A DNA stretch of 64,000 nt from Orbicella franksi (Eukaryota), in contig OZ116698.1 of assembly GCA_964199315.1 (NCBI GenBank), forward strand, positions 19,778,001-19,842,000, in the 5' to 3' direction. The first letter of the stretch is position 1; each line of letters begins with the position of its first letter. The notes beneath the pieces are model-generated. The model was not told the DNA's origin, made no database searches, and saw only the letters and a program-made list of their open reading frames with translations. Below are positions 28,301 to 40,800 of the stretch, piece by piece. The translations under genes and the position numbers were made by a program.

Positions 28301-31300
28301 AATTTAACCAACAAATGACTCCCACTGATATTTATTTACTCTGAAATTACAGCACACGCGACCTGATTAGTTACACCATTAGCTACAATTGGTATGTTTG
28401 AAATTACATAAAGATGGCTAAAGCTCTATTCAGTTTGTTTATTCTTTTCCTTTCCTTTATTTCATAAACTACTTATACTGAATTTTGCAACTTGCATTTC
28501 TGCGTTGGTTACTGTTTAACAAATCGATTCCACGGCAACATGAAAAAAATGTTAATGACGTCATCCGACTATACGTCTGTCCTCCATCAGATCATAAGTA
28601 AAAACCAATCAAAATGAGAGGATAATTTGACGTATCACATAGTTTAAATTAGACTACGAAATAACATCACAGCACAATCAGAGATAGCCACCAAGAGAGA
28701 TGAAATTATATGTATAGTTTCTGCTCCAGCTTGCGCTTGCCAATTAGCCACATTATAAAACGATGATAAGAAATCTACGGCGAGTTTCTTTTCGCAGTCC
28801 CTCGTGGGACCGTTACTGGTGACAGAATGACTTCTCATGACTTCTCATGACTTCTCATCTTTTGTTTTGTCTGTTTTTGTCCCAATACAGTAACGGTCCC
28901 GCAAGCGACTGCGAGATGAGACTCGCCCCAGATTTCTTCTGAAGTGACGAATTGGAATGGGCAATAACTGTCTGATTCTTTCAGGGCGTTTTAGACTACG
29001 AGTAGTCCCTCTTTCGCTTAGTCCGTTAAGTTGTGCATGGCGCGAAAGCAAACCACGAGAACTCGGTTTAGTATTTATTTTTCATATTTTAAGGCCAACT
29101 GCCACCTCCTGTAATTAACAACAAAGAAAAGGAAATAAATAGCTGCAAGGTGAACACCACATGGAGTCCTCCAAGGAATATTAAATGTCCTCTATCGATG
29201 TACATAATACACTACAGAAAAGTGCCTTCACTCGGTCATGAAGCTGACTGGATGCAAATCAGAGTTACCAATATTACAAACACATTTCATCTTGTCCAAC
29301 TTGATTGTGGCACACAGTACGAAATTCAAATGACTGTTGCCAATGAACTTGGTGAAAGTAACATGTCAAACTCTTGGCGAGTTAAAACAAAGTCAGACGT
29401 AAAAGGTAGGTATGTTTTAAGTATTTTTTGGGGGGGCTCTTTTTCTGTCCGTGTTTTTCCCAAAAGAATGCAGTGGAAAGAGTACATGTAAGCCGAGAGC
29501 TTTCTTCTTTGCTTGAGTTCTGAGGCTTTCATATCAACCACTTCATTTATGTTATTAATCAGTACTTTTTTAGACAGAAGGAAGAATTCCAGATATGTGT
29601 AGAAATGTACTCTTATCAATGTCGTAAATGGGGTGGTTGAGAGAAGCGGGGAGGGGATGGTGGTGGAGTATGGATGAAAACAGAGGAATTATTGAATAAC
29701 TGAATGACTGATTGATTGATTAATTGCTTGATTGATTGATTGATTGATAGCCATATGAAATAACCCGACTTCCTCGCTTAAAACGTGAGAGTGTTAGGGT
29801 AGCTGCAAAAAAAGTGAAGGGACGATCAGGGTAACTATGATACTCGCCGGATTTTTAAAATTTTGATGTTTCACCATTTCAGCCGATCAGAATACAATCG
29901 TTTTCAGAGCTGGAATAATCGCGGGAAGTGTCGCCGTTGTTGCCATGGTAACAATGGGGATTGCAGCGTGCCTCAGAAAGAAATGGAAACAGAAACAACT
30001 TCATGCTGTCATGGCAAAAAGGTTTTTTTTTTTTTGAGTTTTTATGTTGTACCTCAACTATAGAAATGTAATTGGTTAGCATATGGGGAGTTGTAATGTG
30101 TTTAATTCCTCGAGTGATTCCTCGTGAGATTAATCAGCATAAGAATATATAAAGGCTGTCTCGTATGTTGTAAAGGCACATTTAGCACTGGCGACTTTTC
30201 ATATTTGTGTATACTCACTTTCCTCGCTTATTGTAATTAACAACGGGAATCTATGAACGGGAAATCTCCCACAATACCCAATTACGATCCGAACCACATA
30301 CATCACCGCTGCAGTGGTCACGTCTAGTAATTAATTCAATGTTATCAGTGTTAAAATAAACTGTTAGCAAGCAAAGCCTCTGCACATATATCTGGTGAAG
30401 AACTATAGCCAGCTTACGAAAGTCACAAGGAAATGATAATCATTTCAATATTATTTATTTTATTTTGTCTAGGTCCAAGTCTGACATCGTTCCCTTACTG
30501 CAATGGGAGGTTATTCCAGAGCGGGTAACATTTATGGAGGAGCTGGGTAGAGGGGCTTTTGGCAAGGTTTACAAAGGAGTCTTCAGGGAATTTCCAAGCG
30601 CTGAAGTATTTTTCAAGCCCAGAGAGGAAAGAGTGGAGGTCAAAGAGGAAAGAGTTGTTGCTGTCAAAGTGTTACTTGGTGAGCAAAGACATAATATATA
30701 AATAAATTGATGTTATGCGCGTCTAGCCACCTTACAGATGTTTGGGAGAGCTCCAGTATGGTAGCTGATCAGAAATTATAATTAGTGGTCTAATTTTCCA
30801 AAAATAGCTTTAAACCAAAGACAGCACCCTTAATGTCCTTGTTTTGGACTTTTCGCATTTTAATTCCACCCTTTTTATCCATATGATATCTTTTGTAATG
30901 CGTTTGTCAGTTGATTTACTTGATTGTTGTTTCGATTTCTATCAGAAGCAGCGGGTGAGGAGGGCAAACAGCAGTTTTTACAGGAAATTGATCTCATGAA
31001 GCAAATTGGTTTTCACCGAAATGTTCTGAGCATGCTCGGCTACTGGGTCAGATCTGAACCCATCCTGCTGATCTTGGAATATGTTCCACACGGGGATCTC
31101 CTTCAATGGCTTAGAAAGAAACGACAGGTTAGAAACTACAAAATTGTAGCAAAAGCTCTTCTTTTATAAGTCTACTTTGTACGAAAACTGTCGATATAGT
31201 GACTAGCTCCAAGCTAAGCGCGCTTGATTGGTTGATTAAAACGTGCTAAAAAAAGATTAGTAGTGAAGAGTCTTTTACACTAACTTATCTTTTGTGATAT

Positions 31301-34300
31301 TGATGTTTTCAAACTCTACCCGAATTCCGCAGAATTTCTACTCAAAAATCTTGAAAACGGTTATACGCTATAAGAGGAACATCGTGAGTGCCCTTTCCGC
31401 GTGATCACGTGATGCAAATGACGTCAGCGTTTCGCGAGTTCCGTTTTCGCTGTCTAAAGGTATTGACTTACGTTTCTGCACAGCATTCCTGTATTATTTT
31501 AAAAATGCCGGATTAGCTGATCTGTGGCCATTCATTATTAATACCATATTAGGTAAAAAGGTAAGCCTGTATATGAGCCAAGAGGCTCATCAGGCCGGAG
31601 CTTATCCCGGTTTCTGAAGCATGAAGCGACTAGGAATGTTTCTACTCACCCTGGATGGGATCCTAGTCCATCGCAGGGTTACCCCCAGCATTAAATTTGC
31701 CGGTTCCCACTTATACACATGGGTGGAGAGAGGCACTGTGAGAGTAACGTGTCTTGCTCATGAACACAACACAATGTCCCCGGTCAGGGCTCTAACCCAT
31801 GAGGCCGCCGCGCCTCCAATACCAGATTAGACTACAAGCGAATTGAATTGAACAGTAGTGCAAGTAGCTAATCTTGTTTTAAACTTATACTTAGCAGAAA
31901 ACGAACGGAAGTGTCCTTTTCATGTTTTCATACCAGCTTATTTCATCTCAGGAACACGTCCAGTACCAAACAAAACCGTCGACTTTTGAAGGAACTTATC
32001 AAGGATTGACAAAAGTGGTCGATGAAAGCTTCCAAAGTGTGCCATCACAGGCGCTGCCCATGACCGAACATGATCATGTCACGCAAAGAGAGGAAGCCCC
32101 TCCATCAGAGGCTAACGAAAAGATGGAAGAGAACAATAGTAAATGTGCGAGTTCATGCAACGTGGAAAATGCACGCATGAAGATTAACATCCCGTCCCAG
32201 AATAACATTAACGATGAAGATGACCTTTCTGCAAAGGACCTTCTTTGCTTGGCGTGGCAGATAGCTCAAGGAATGGTAAGTAGAAACCGGAATTCACCTG
32301 AAAATCTAAAACAAAATGTTTCTTTCTAAGAGACATCTACTGGTTGATACAGTGGGACCTTTCTTAGGAAACATCTTAGGGTGCGCGACTAACCGTCAAC
32401 TTGTAGCCGGGTCATGCTCTCTTTAATTACTAGATGTGACCACTGCAGCAGGTATGTATGTGGTTCGGATCATAATTGGGTGTTGTTGGAGATGCCCCAT
32501 TTTTCTATGTTACAAATGAAAGGTTCTACTAACTCCCTTGCTTAAATGTCCTTCAATTTCTCTTTGCTTTGTATTTATCATAGGAATACTTGTCCAGTAA
32601 AGGATTTGTTCATCGTGATCTGGCAGCTCGTAATGTTCTTCTTGGTGAGGGCAGAGCGGTGAAGATCGCTGATTTTGGTCTGCTACGCCACACTCATGAT
32701 GAAATATACAAGATAAAGTACACGAAAAAACTGCCAATCAAATGGACAGCACCTGAGGCGCTTAGCAACGGTTTATACACTTCAAAAAGTGACGTGTACG
32801 TATGTAAAGTATATAAACCTCCTCAAATCTTTCCATAAATAGGAGACAGGCTTATGGTGTCAATGAACCTTAATTAGCTATGAGTGAGCCGCCACAGTTC
32901 AGACTTACTAACCAGCTAATTTACTGGTAGTACACATGAAAAAAAAAATAATGATAAAATAAAAGTAGCTAAATTAACATCAAACAACTTGTCCTCAGCT
33001 TTATATAACTGTTCGCCGGAACCTTTTAGCTTTTCAAAGGTTTGTTTCTACCTAGGTTTTACTGCAAATGTTTTGGAGATTTGATAATCCTGTATCGTAT
33101 GATTATCTGTTGGTTTTCTATTCAGGACAAGAGGAAACTGTATCAAGGAAACGTTATTGTGACACTCTCCTAAGCCATCCCAAGCTAAACTATTAACTCA
33201 TAAAAACGACGAATGTAAAGCACTGATGATAAAATAATGTCTGTTTATTCTAGATGGTCTTTCGGAGTACTCCTGTGGGAACTGGCCACAATGGGTAAGA
33301 TTGAGACCGAGCTAGCATGATTTTGATGAATGTCTTTGAAAATGAACTGAAAATGATTTATGTAGAGTGGTCAAAATCAAAGACAATTCTAGCTTGAGTA
33401 TCAGGTCTTCCTAAGGGGGGGGGGGGTGAGAGGGAAGGAGGGAGGAGGGCCTTCTTATGAGGTGGGGAGGGGGGGAAGAGAGAGTAGGACCACAGAAACT
33501 CATATCATGTATTCTTGGATTACCGTTCACATGGATTGTCTGACTATGATAATCAGTAACTGATGTCCGACTGTACAGTAAGCAAAGGGATCAACTATGT
33601 AGTACAGAAGACCCGTGTTTCTTTGTCCACATACCTACATGACTCTCAAACCCCTTCCGACGGATTCTTTCCATGCTTAGGCGTGAAAGGGAAAGGAAAA
33701 AAAAGAGTTCTGGAAACGAAGTTCGCCATCTTTAACTGAGGAGGGGGAGATGGATTATGTTGTTACAATTCATGAACTATATCTGTTGTTCTAGGCGATA
33801 TTCCATATCCTGGGGTAAGCAACAAGCAACTGTACAGACTTCTTAAGACAGGATATCGCATGGATAAACCGGACATGTGTTCAGATGAGATGTAAGTAAA
33901 TCGCTCAGTATACTTTGTTTTTGTCGAAATAAAACACAGCCGAAGGATTCGTTCACTGTAATTTATGTTGCTGGGATCAAATCACGAACATTGTTTCTTC
34001 ATCTGGTTAGCTCCAACAAGAGTAAACGAAGATAGTTATGTTTAAGGTGGTTCGTACAGCTCAAGTGGTTTACTGAAATATGCCCGATTAACCAGCACCG
34101 TTTGCAAGGTTCTTCATGATTGGATAAACGAAACAGTAGATAAAGAACACAAACAATGCCTCAGCCCTAAGAACAAAAGAGGTACAGATTAACATGGACG
34201 AATTAAAGTGGTACAGACCAATTGGATTGCTCGACAAGTCGCGATCGTCTTCTTGATATGATAGAATACAACGGAAACCGAAAAAAAAAAAAAAGCCAAA

Positions 34301-34786
34301 ACACTGTTTGATTTTAGTTTTAAGTACTTCGAGATCAAAAGGAGAAAACGTACAAGTAATAATAACAAAATAATAAATCTTTATAAGAGGGAGCACCCGT
34401 CACAGAGCCACTTGGTTTTAGGGAGGTCCGTTGTTAAGGAAATAATAAATAAAAAGTAAATCTGAAATATTGCAATATACAGGAAGTTTAAAATGTACAC
34501 ACGCTAAACTTGATCAAGCATACTTATGGAAGTAAAACTAATTAACAGAGCTTTTTTAATGTTCTAAAATAAATCATTTCTCATCAGATACGAGATAATG
34601 TTGGACTGTTGGAAGGAGGATCCTGATAAGCGACCGACATTCGAAAAACTCATTTTAATACTGGAAGAAATGATGGCAAAGGACACTCCATATTATGATT
34701 TCAATAAGCTTGCTGCGAGCGATGCTTGCTACGATGAAGCTGATTCTGAAAACAGCAATACTAACAATCAGGACTCATGGTTGTAG
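25310..34786 (+). CDS. Receptor tyrosine kinase: LamG/ConA-like - FN3 - FN3 - TM - tyrosine kinase with kinase insert
   Basis: Secure phase-consistent exons (865 aa): 26576-27180 (LamG), 27785-28066 and 29094-29405 (FN3), 29883-30021 (TM), 30473-30678 (GRGAFG, VAVK), 30946-31127, 31952-32275 (insert), 32584-32795 (HRDLAARN, DFG, LPIKWTAPE), 33254-33294, 33795-33891, 34588-34786. Tentative signal-peptide exons 25310-25357 and 25700-25740 (METSFKSLTGIMMLLMNILFACTVSMLIT) and a small exon 26112-26151; the 5' end is uncertain. Confidence 0.85.
27272..27689. mobile_element. MITE in RTK intron
   Basis: Termini CCGGGGGGTACTC / GAGTACCCCCCACGG. Confidence 0.6.
31553..31826 (+). mobile_element. Interspersed SINE-like repeat, second copy (RTK intron)
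   Basis: Aligns with 4719-5010 (CAGGCCGGAGCTT.TCCCGGTTTCTG...GGGTTACCCCC...GGGTGGAGA.AGGCAC.GTGAGAGT). A degenerate truncated piece lies at ~39835-39900. Confidence 0.65.
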
Positions 34787-35850
34787 CTACTTGTTTGTGA
34801 CTTTACTCAGAGTAAGTTCACGAGTTAAAATCCCACTTGAGTCAGTGATTGTATGCGCACTGTAGCAATTATTGTTAAAAGACTGATGAATTTGGAAATA
34901 GAAAGCTTTATTCTTGAGTAACATAATGAATAACCAGATAAATGACTTAAATAGACAATGGCAGGTCTTTCTTACAAATATTCAGGTATTAACAACTTGA
35001 AAAACCAGGGCAAGTCGTTGAGTAACTTGCACGACTGATGAAAACGCGTATGAAAGTCAAATAGAGCGCTAGATGCAGACGTAAGAGACAGTTCTGTTTT
35101 TGTAGAAGAGGTCACAGCTTATGCGAACTCAGTGTTAGCTCGACTTAAAAAATTCAAGTTTAATGTATTATTCTTACTTGATTGTAAAGTTTTGTTACTG
35201 CAAGTAACTTATGCAGTTAGTCACAAGCAATCAATGACTAAAATTTTATAGTCTACATATGTTGAGCTTACTGTCTCACTGACAGTAACTCGTCAAGAGT
35301 AATCATAAATCGGTATTGATAAAATAGTTTTAAATTTAGGGAACGTACAGGCCATTTACTGGATAACCTGATACTTATGATTGCCAAGAAATCGAGTGGC
35401 ATGGGTTAACTGAGAACTCCAAGAGATTTTGAAAGAAAGTTGTATAAGACTTGTATATAAACAACCATTTGTTATCGTACTCAAACGCATAAACCGTAAT
35501 ACAAATTAAAGACGATCAAGATAGGAGACTGGAGTTCATTTCCAAACTTGTTTATGCTGTTTATGTTGAAAAGCAATGTGGGATACAATCACATTGGGAT
35601 CCACTGATACATAGAAATGGAACAGACTTGTACCCTATCGCTACTGTGATAGTGAGTTTTTTTAGAGAGAGAATCCGAATCAGTGGACACGAGGTGGGCT
35701 GAGGCGCGTAGGAGTCACGGAAAAGGAAGAAGGAACAAATCATCTATGACACCAACAACTTCTTTCTTCGACTTCCCTTATGATTTAGTTAGCTGTCCGA
35801 ATGAAGTTTCCACGGAGAAAAATGTTGTAGGGGCAATCTGAGACAGCAAT

Positions 35851-38706
35851 TCATGTCGAACTACCTCCAGCTGAATGCCTTTTTTGTAATTTATAGGTGG
35901 GGATAGAATCACTGTTTTTCTGAGTGGCAGGCGTCACTTTACTAGTGTTGCATCTCAATGGCAGCTTCTGTTTTAAAGCATTTTTGAACTTATCATTTCT
36001 AAAGGCGTGCACCAAAGGATTCAAACAGGAATTAATGGTTAAACAATACTGAGGAATCCAATCGCTTATTGCTCTCCTGAAATAAATGGACTGCTGCATT
36101 TGATGGCTAGAATTCACGAGCAACTTCCATGCCCCCAGCGATAGAATAGGTAAGAAAAAGAACACTAAGTTAGTCCCTACTAAGATTGCGATTCGCTTGG
36201 CTAGAGTAGACTCTCGCTGAATTCCCATTTGCTCACTGGATTGTTTGACAACCTTGTAAATGTGAACATACAAGGGAATGGTAACCAGGTAAAGAGTTAG
36301 TGCGATAGAGCCCAGAGCAATACTGTAATGGGTTGCAATGGGAAACCTCATGTCGTAGATCATTGGTATACAAAGGTAGTTGAGCCGGTATATGTTGAAG
36401 TAAAGGGCGACAGACATAAACAATGCAGCAAAGACCCAATTAACAGCAACCGCCAGGGAAGCTAACCTCGGTGTTACTCGAATGTCAGGCTTCATGCTGA
36501 AAACTATGCAAAGGTATCGCTCCACAGTGAGTGCGACAGAGGTAATGGAGGTCGCGCATTGCCCGAGTACCCAGAGAAATCCAACTCTGGGGCAAAGACT
36601 TTCCAAAATGTTCTCAAAGTCTTGGTATCGATAGCTCACTATCATTGATGCCATTAGAACTAAAAACACGCAAATCAATGTGTCTCCCAGGGCTAAATTA
36701 CACAAGAATACCATGGACACATTCTTTCGTAAGGATCTAGTCAACAGAATGTTAAAAAACACCACCATGTTCAGAACAGCTCCGAGTGTCCCTAATAACA
36801 GCTGACCTGAGACGACGCGTTGGTTTAAACGCCAACAAAGGTAAGTATTAGTAACATTGGCTTCCTTTCGTAAAATGCAATCCGTTACATTCCTGCATTC
36901 TTTGACTACAAAACGGTGCCGTGCGAGCATTTTAAGATAATCACTAAACGTGTAATGATGTATGATGCATTGTTTTGCACTTGTTGATGTGAAATATGAC
37001 TTGTTGTAGATTTCGAGAGCGTCCTCGCTAACTTTTTTGATGAGCCAGCAGTCCGCGCATTCAGCGGCCCAGGACACATTCCTAATTTCCTTTAATCTTG
37101 GTAATTCGAAAAGTTGGTTTTCTTCTGGCTTCCATCCCATGTTTCCTTGTACATCAATGATGATCAAAGATCGAAGGTACATTGAGGCACCTCGGGCATT
37201 CCATGTTTGGAGATAGTTTCCTGTCAGGTCCCTGCCAAGACATAAATTCAATTTTCAAACTGGCTCATTAATAATTTATCAAGTTTAAATAAAGCAAAAA
37301 CACTAATCTTGTACATTATACGAAGAGCCTTCATTCTAGTCACCAAAACAATGTACAAAAAATCTCAATTGTTCATGGTTCAAATATCTTCACTGTGGAC
37401 AAAGGATGGATTTTCCATAAGAAACACAGACACCTTGTTTTACTTACAATATTTGCAGGGAATACAGGCCATTGAAAGCGTCTTTGAGAATAAACTGAAT
37501 GTTGTTATACGTCAGAGACCTTTAAACAGAATCATAGAATTATATGTTAACATTTTGCACACGCAGATCGATCGAAAAGAATGAGAAGCATACCCAGTCG
37601 CAAAATACGAATTTTGACGTTCATATTTGAGGTTTAAAAGAAAACAAGTTACCTTTCCAAAACATCGTAAAATACTTGAGCAAGCATCAAAAATGTAAAC
37701 TCACAGTTTAAGTAGATTCTTGAGGCCCGTAAAACTGTTCGGTGGTAGTTTTTCTAACAGATTCTGAGAAATTTCTCTGAAAGTGTGCATGACAGGAACA
37801 AATAAAAACATATCTATTACTTCAATTCCTGACTTTGAATATATTTTCTAATAGATTAAAGTACCATATCTATATTCCAGGTACATTTAAGAAATTGCTA
37901 AAATCTATAATGTGCGCAGTTGCGTTTGTTAATGACGAATGAAATCCCATTGAACTTCAAGTCACAAATTTACTTACAGTTTGATGAGTCCTGAGAAATT
38001 TTGAAATGTGTATTGTTGCATCACTGTTATTTTATTGTTTGATAGATTCCTGCAGAACAAAGGTCAAGTTAAAAAAAGTGTTTACGGGGAAAAAACTTAG
38101 TTGACTACATTATAGTGTACTAGCTTGTTCCAGGCTCTCGGTCAGTGGAGGAGATTGAAAAAGCGAGCGGGCCACGGGACGGGGTTCGCCAACCCCCCCG
38201 CTTTTTCGATCGTCCCATGGCCCCACTGACAAAGAGCCTGGAGCTGGTCTACATAATATGATGAAGTGAGTGCTAAATGTGAATTTCTTGGTCTGTAGTC
38301 TGATATTATTGAGCTTGTACTCACATGTTGTACTCCCGTGGTGTTGGTTACATATGGAATCAAAACTACAGGCAAAGTTCATTATCTTGCTTTACTTATT
38401 AGAGAGGTGTATGTCAGTCTTTATTATTGTTATTTACCTTATTGACGATATGTGTGAGAGTTGTGTGTGATAATCAGATTTCCGTAGAAGTTTCTAGACT
38501 TACAAAGAGGCTACATCCTGAGGAGAGTTAAAAGACTGTGATATATTCCTCAAGTGACTCATTCTGCAAACTGCTGTGACGTTTTCGTTGTCACGAGAGC
38601 AGGTGCATCTGGCATCTGTACAAACTTCTTTGCTTTCTCCAATTTCCTTCTCCGCCAAGATGACCAGTATTAACACAGCAATGCTTGATAGAAAGGTTCG
38701 ACTCAT
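35851..38706 (-). CDS. Leucine-rich-repeat GPCR (LGR/glycoprotein-hormone-receptor-like), 599 aa, 5 exons
   Basis: Exons 38706-38504 (signal peptide + LRRNT CTDARCTC), three 72-nt phase-2 LRR exons 38049-37978, 37776-37705, 37519-37448, and 37231-35851 (LRR, Cys hinge, 7TM with ERY, LAKRIAILVGTN, NSCLNP). Total 1800 nt, in frame. Confidence 0.9.
38121..38252. mobile_element. Short TIR element in LRR-GPCR intron 1
   Basis: Imperfect TIR CCAGGCTCT.GGTCAGTGG / CCACTGAC.AAGAGCCTGG. Confidence 0.55.
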
Positions 38707-39937
38707 CTGTTTAAAAAGAGAGGTCAACAAATCTCACTACCTGAATAACATGTGAAAACAGCCATCCCTTACGATAGGGATGCTTTTCTTTCACAGATAC
38801 ATTCTTTTCCCGTCCACCCTCATATTTAATCAGACAGTGTCCGGCCCGACCAAGAACAAACCACCCTCTCGATACCGAAACCCTATAGGATTTGCTGATC
38901 TTTCGATAGTGATTGGTGATTGAAATTCCTGCTAGTACTATTTTTCTGATTTCTAAACCCGGATGAATAGTGCGTTCTATTTGAAGCAGAGACACTGACA
39001 GCCGGTCACAATTAAATTATGCTGCAAAACATTTTGATATGATTACTGTACATACCTTTGCCAAATAGGATTTAGCTTCGTTTGATCAGCAGTCTGAAGG
39101 TAAAAATAACGACTGATCACTGATCTTAGCTTAGCTGTTAACTTTTAAAAGCGTATCTGAGTTTGTTGGTAGCGACGACCGGACTTCAAAAGTTAGGAGG
39201 GATATAGATAGTCACAATACAGAGTACTCATCCGACAACTGAGACCACAAATAGTTCAGGAAATTGTTATGGGCTTATCAACTTTATAATTGAGAAAATT
39301 GCTTTATTGTGATTGGCTCGGAGCTGGTCATGCAATTTTATGGTCAAATTATGATTTGCACTGCAAGTCAAATAAATACACGCGCTCGTAATTTTCTCAG
39401 TCAGATAATAAGGCTCATGCAAATTTGAGAGATTTTCAATTATTACTTGATTCATACGATTATCTAGACTTATTGAACTAATTGAAACTCAGCCACAATA
39501 CGATAAATTTGTTTCTTTACAAATTTGGCACAACATTACGGTGACGAATCCAGCGGCGCTAGTTTATATGAGCGCGGTGTTGAAACAATAAATATGTGAT
39601 CTTTCATATATTCACATGAATAACAATTTAATTCCGATTTCAGTGAAGCTTTTCATTTGCCCATTATTACATTGCATTGCAATACCCCACGAGGCCTGTG
39701 GCAATTACTTTAAAAGGAAACAAATTGCGAAAATTACTTGTTAAAGTTTTGTTCAAAGTGCAGCTGTTTGACGGTCCGTTGGTTGCGGGATTTAGTTTTT
39801 AATCGTGCTGTGTAACTCGAAGTAAAAGGTTGCCTCAGGCCAGTAGTCAGTATAGCCGTCGCCTATCTCCGGCTACTGTTGCATGAGGCGACTTGAGGAC
39901 TTCAGACTTTATGACAGTACACGATATATACATATAA

Positions 39938-40800
39938 TCCATCAAATATTTTCGCTCGCTAACGATTGGTCTAAACGCGTCGTATGACTGAATATACCCC
40001 AGCTAAAACTGGGGAATATCCGAGTGATATTCCACAATTTTTAAAACTGCGCGTGATGCAATTAACAAAGCGAACGTGGTTTAGCGTGGTCTGTAGTCTT
40101 ATCGAAAACGATACGCGTCATCACGGGGGTCAAAATGTTGACTCGAGGCGCAGCATGTTCTTTTCAGAGTGCGAGCTGAAAAAGGCATTACGTGACACAT
40201 TGACGCGAGCAGCGTTGTCTGGACTCTTATCGACAACGGCAAATTAGCCAATCAGATTGCGAGATTAGTAGCAGTTGTGGTAAAAAAAATATTTAAAGGA
40301 TAATACACACAACAGCCGCCATTTGGTACGAAAATATGCACGTCCTTGGACCTTATCTGTCCCGAGAAGCTAACAGGTTTCCTCGAACTACGCTCCCGGA
40401 CAACTATTCGCTTCTCAGAACAGATAATGTCCGCGTGAAATACCTGGGCTTATAATCTATCAACAATTTTCGCTCGCGCTCGATTGGTCTAAACGCGTCA
40501 CGTGACTGAATATTCCCAAGCCAAAACTGGGGAATCCTCAATTTTCAAACCGTACATGTTGCGAAAAATATTTGAAGGATAATAAACACAATAGGCTCCA
40601 TTCGGCACGAAAAGATGCTCGGATATTTGTCCTTGAACGTTACCTGTTCCTCAAAGTTCACAGTTTTCCTCGAGCTACGCTCTCAGAAAACTATTCGCTC
40701 CTGGGAACAGATAATGCCCGCAGACAAATATCCGAGCATATTTTCGCGCCAAATGGAGGCTATTCATGTTTGTACGTAGCTAATAGTACTGAAAAGGCAG
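39938..40800. repeat. Two tandem copies of an interspersed repeat; the first is interrupted by ~220 bp of other sequence
   Basis: TTTTCGCTCGC...GATTGGTCTAAACGCGTC..TGACTGAATAT...AAAACTGGGGAAT occurs at ~39950 and ~40467, and the distal parts (~40290-40445 vs ~40565-40730) also align. Confidence 0.6.

Noticed and set aside
28331-28391. Small exon-like segment between the two FN3 exons
   Set aside because: It has a stop in the required phase, and the flanking exons already join in frame without it.
29938-29951. Perfect X-box GTTGCCATGGTAAC
   Set aside because: Lies inside the RTK transmembrane exon (codons for V-A-M-V-T), far from any apparent promoter; probably coincidental.
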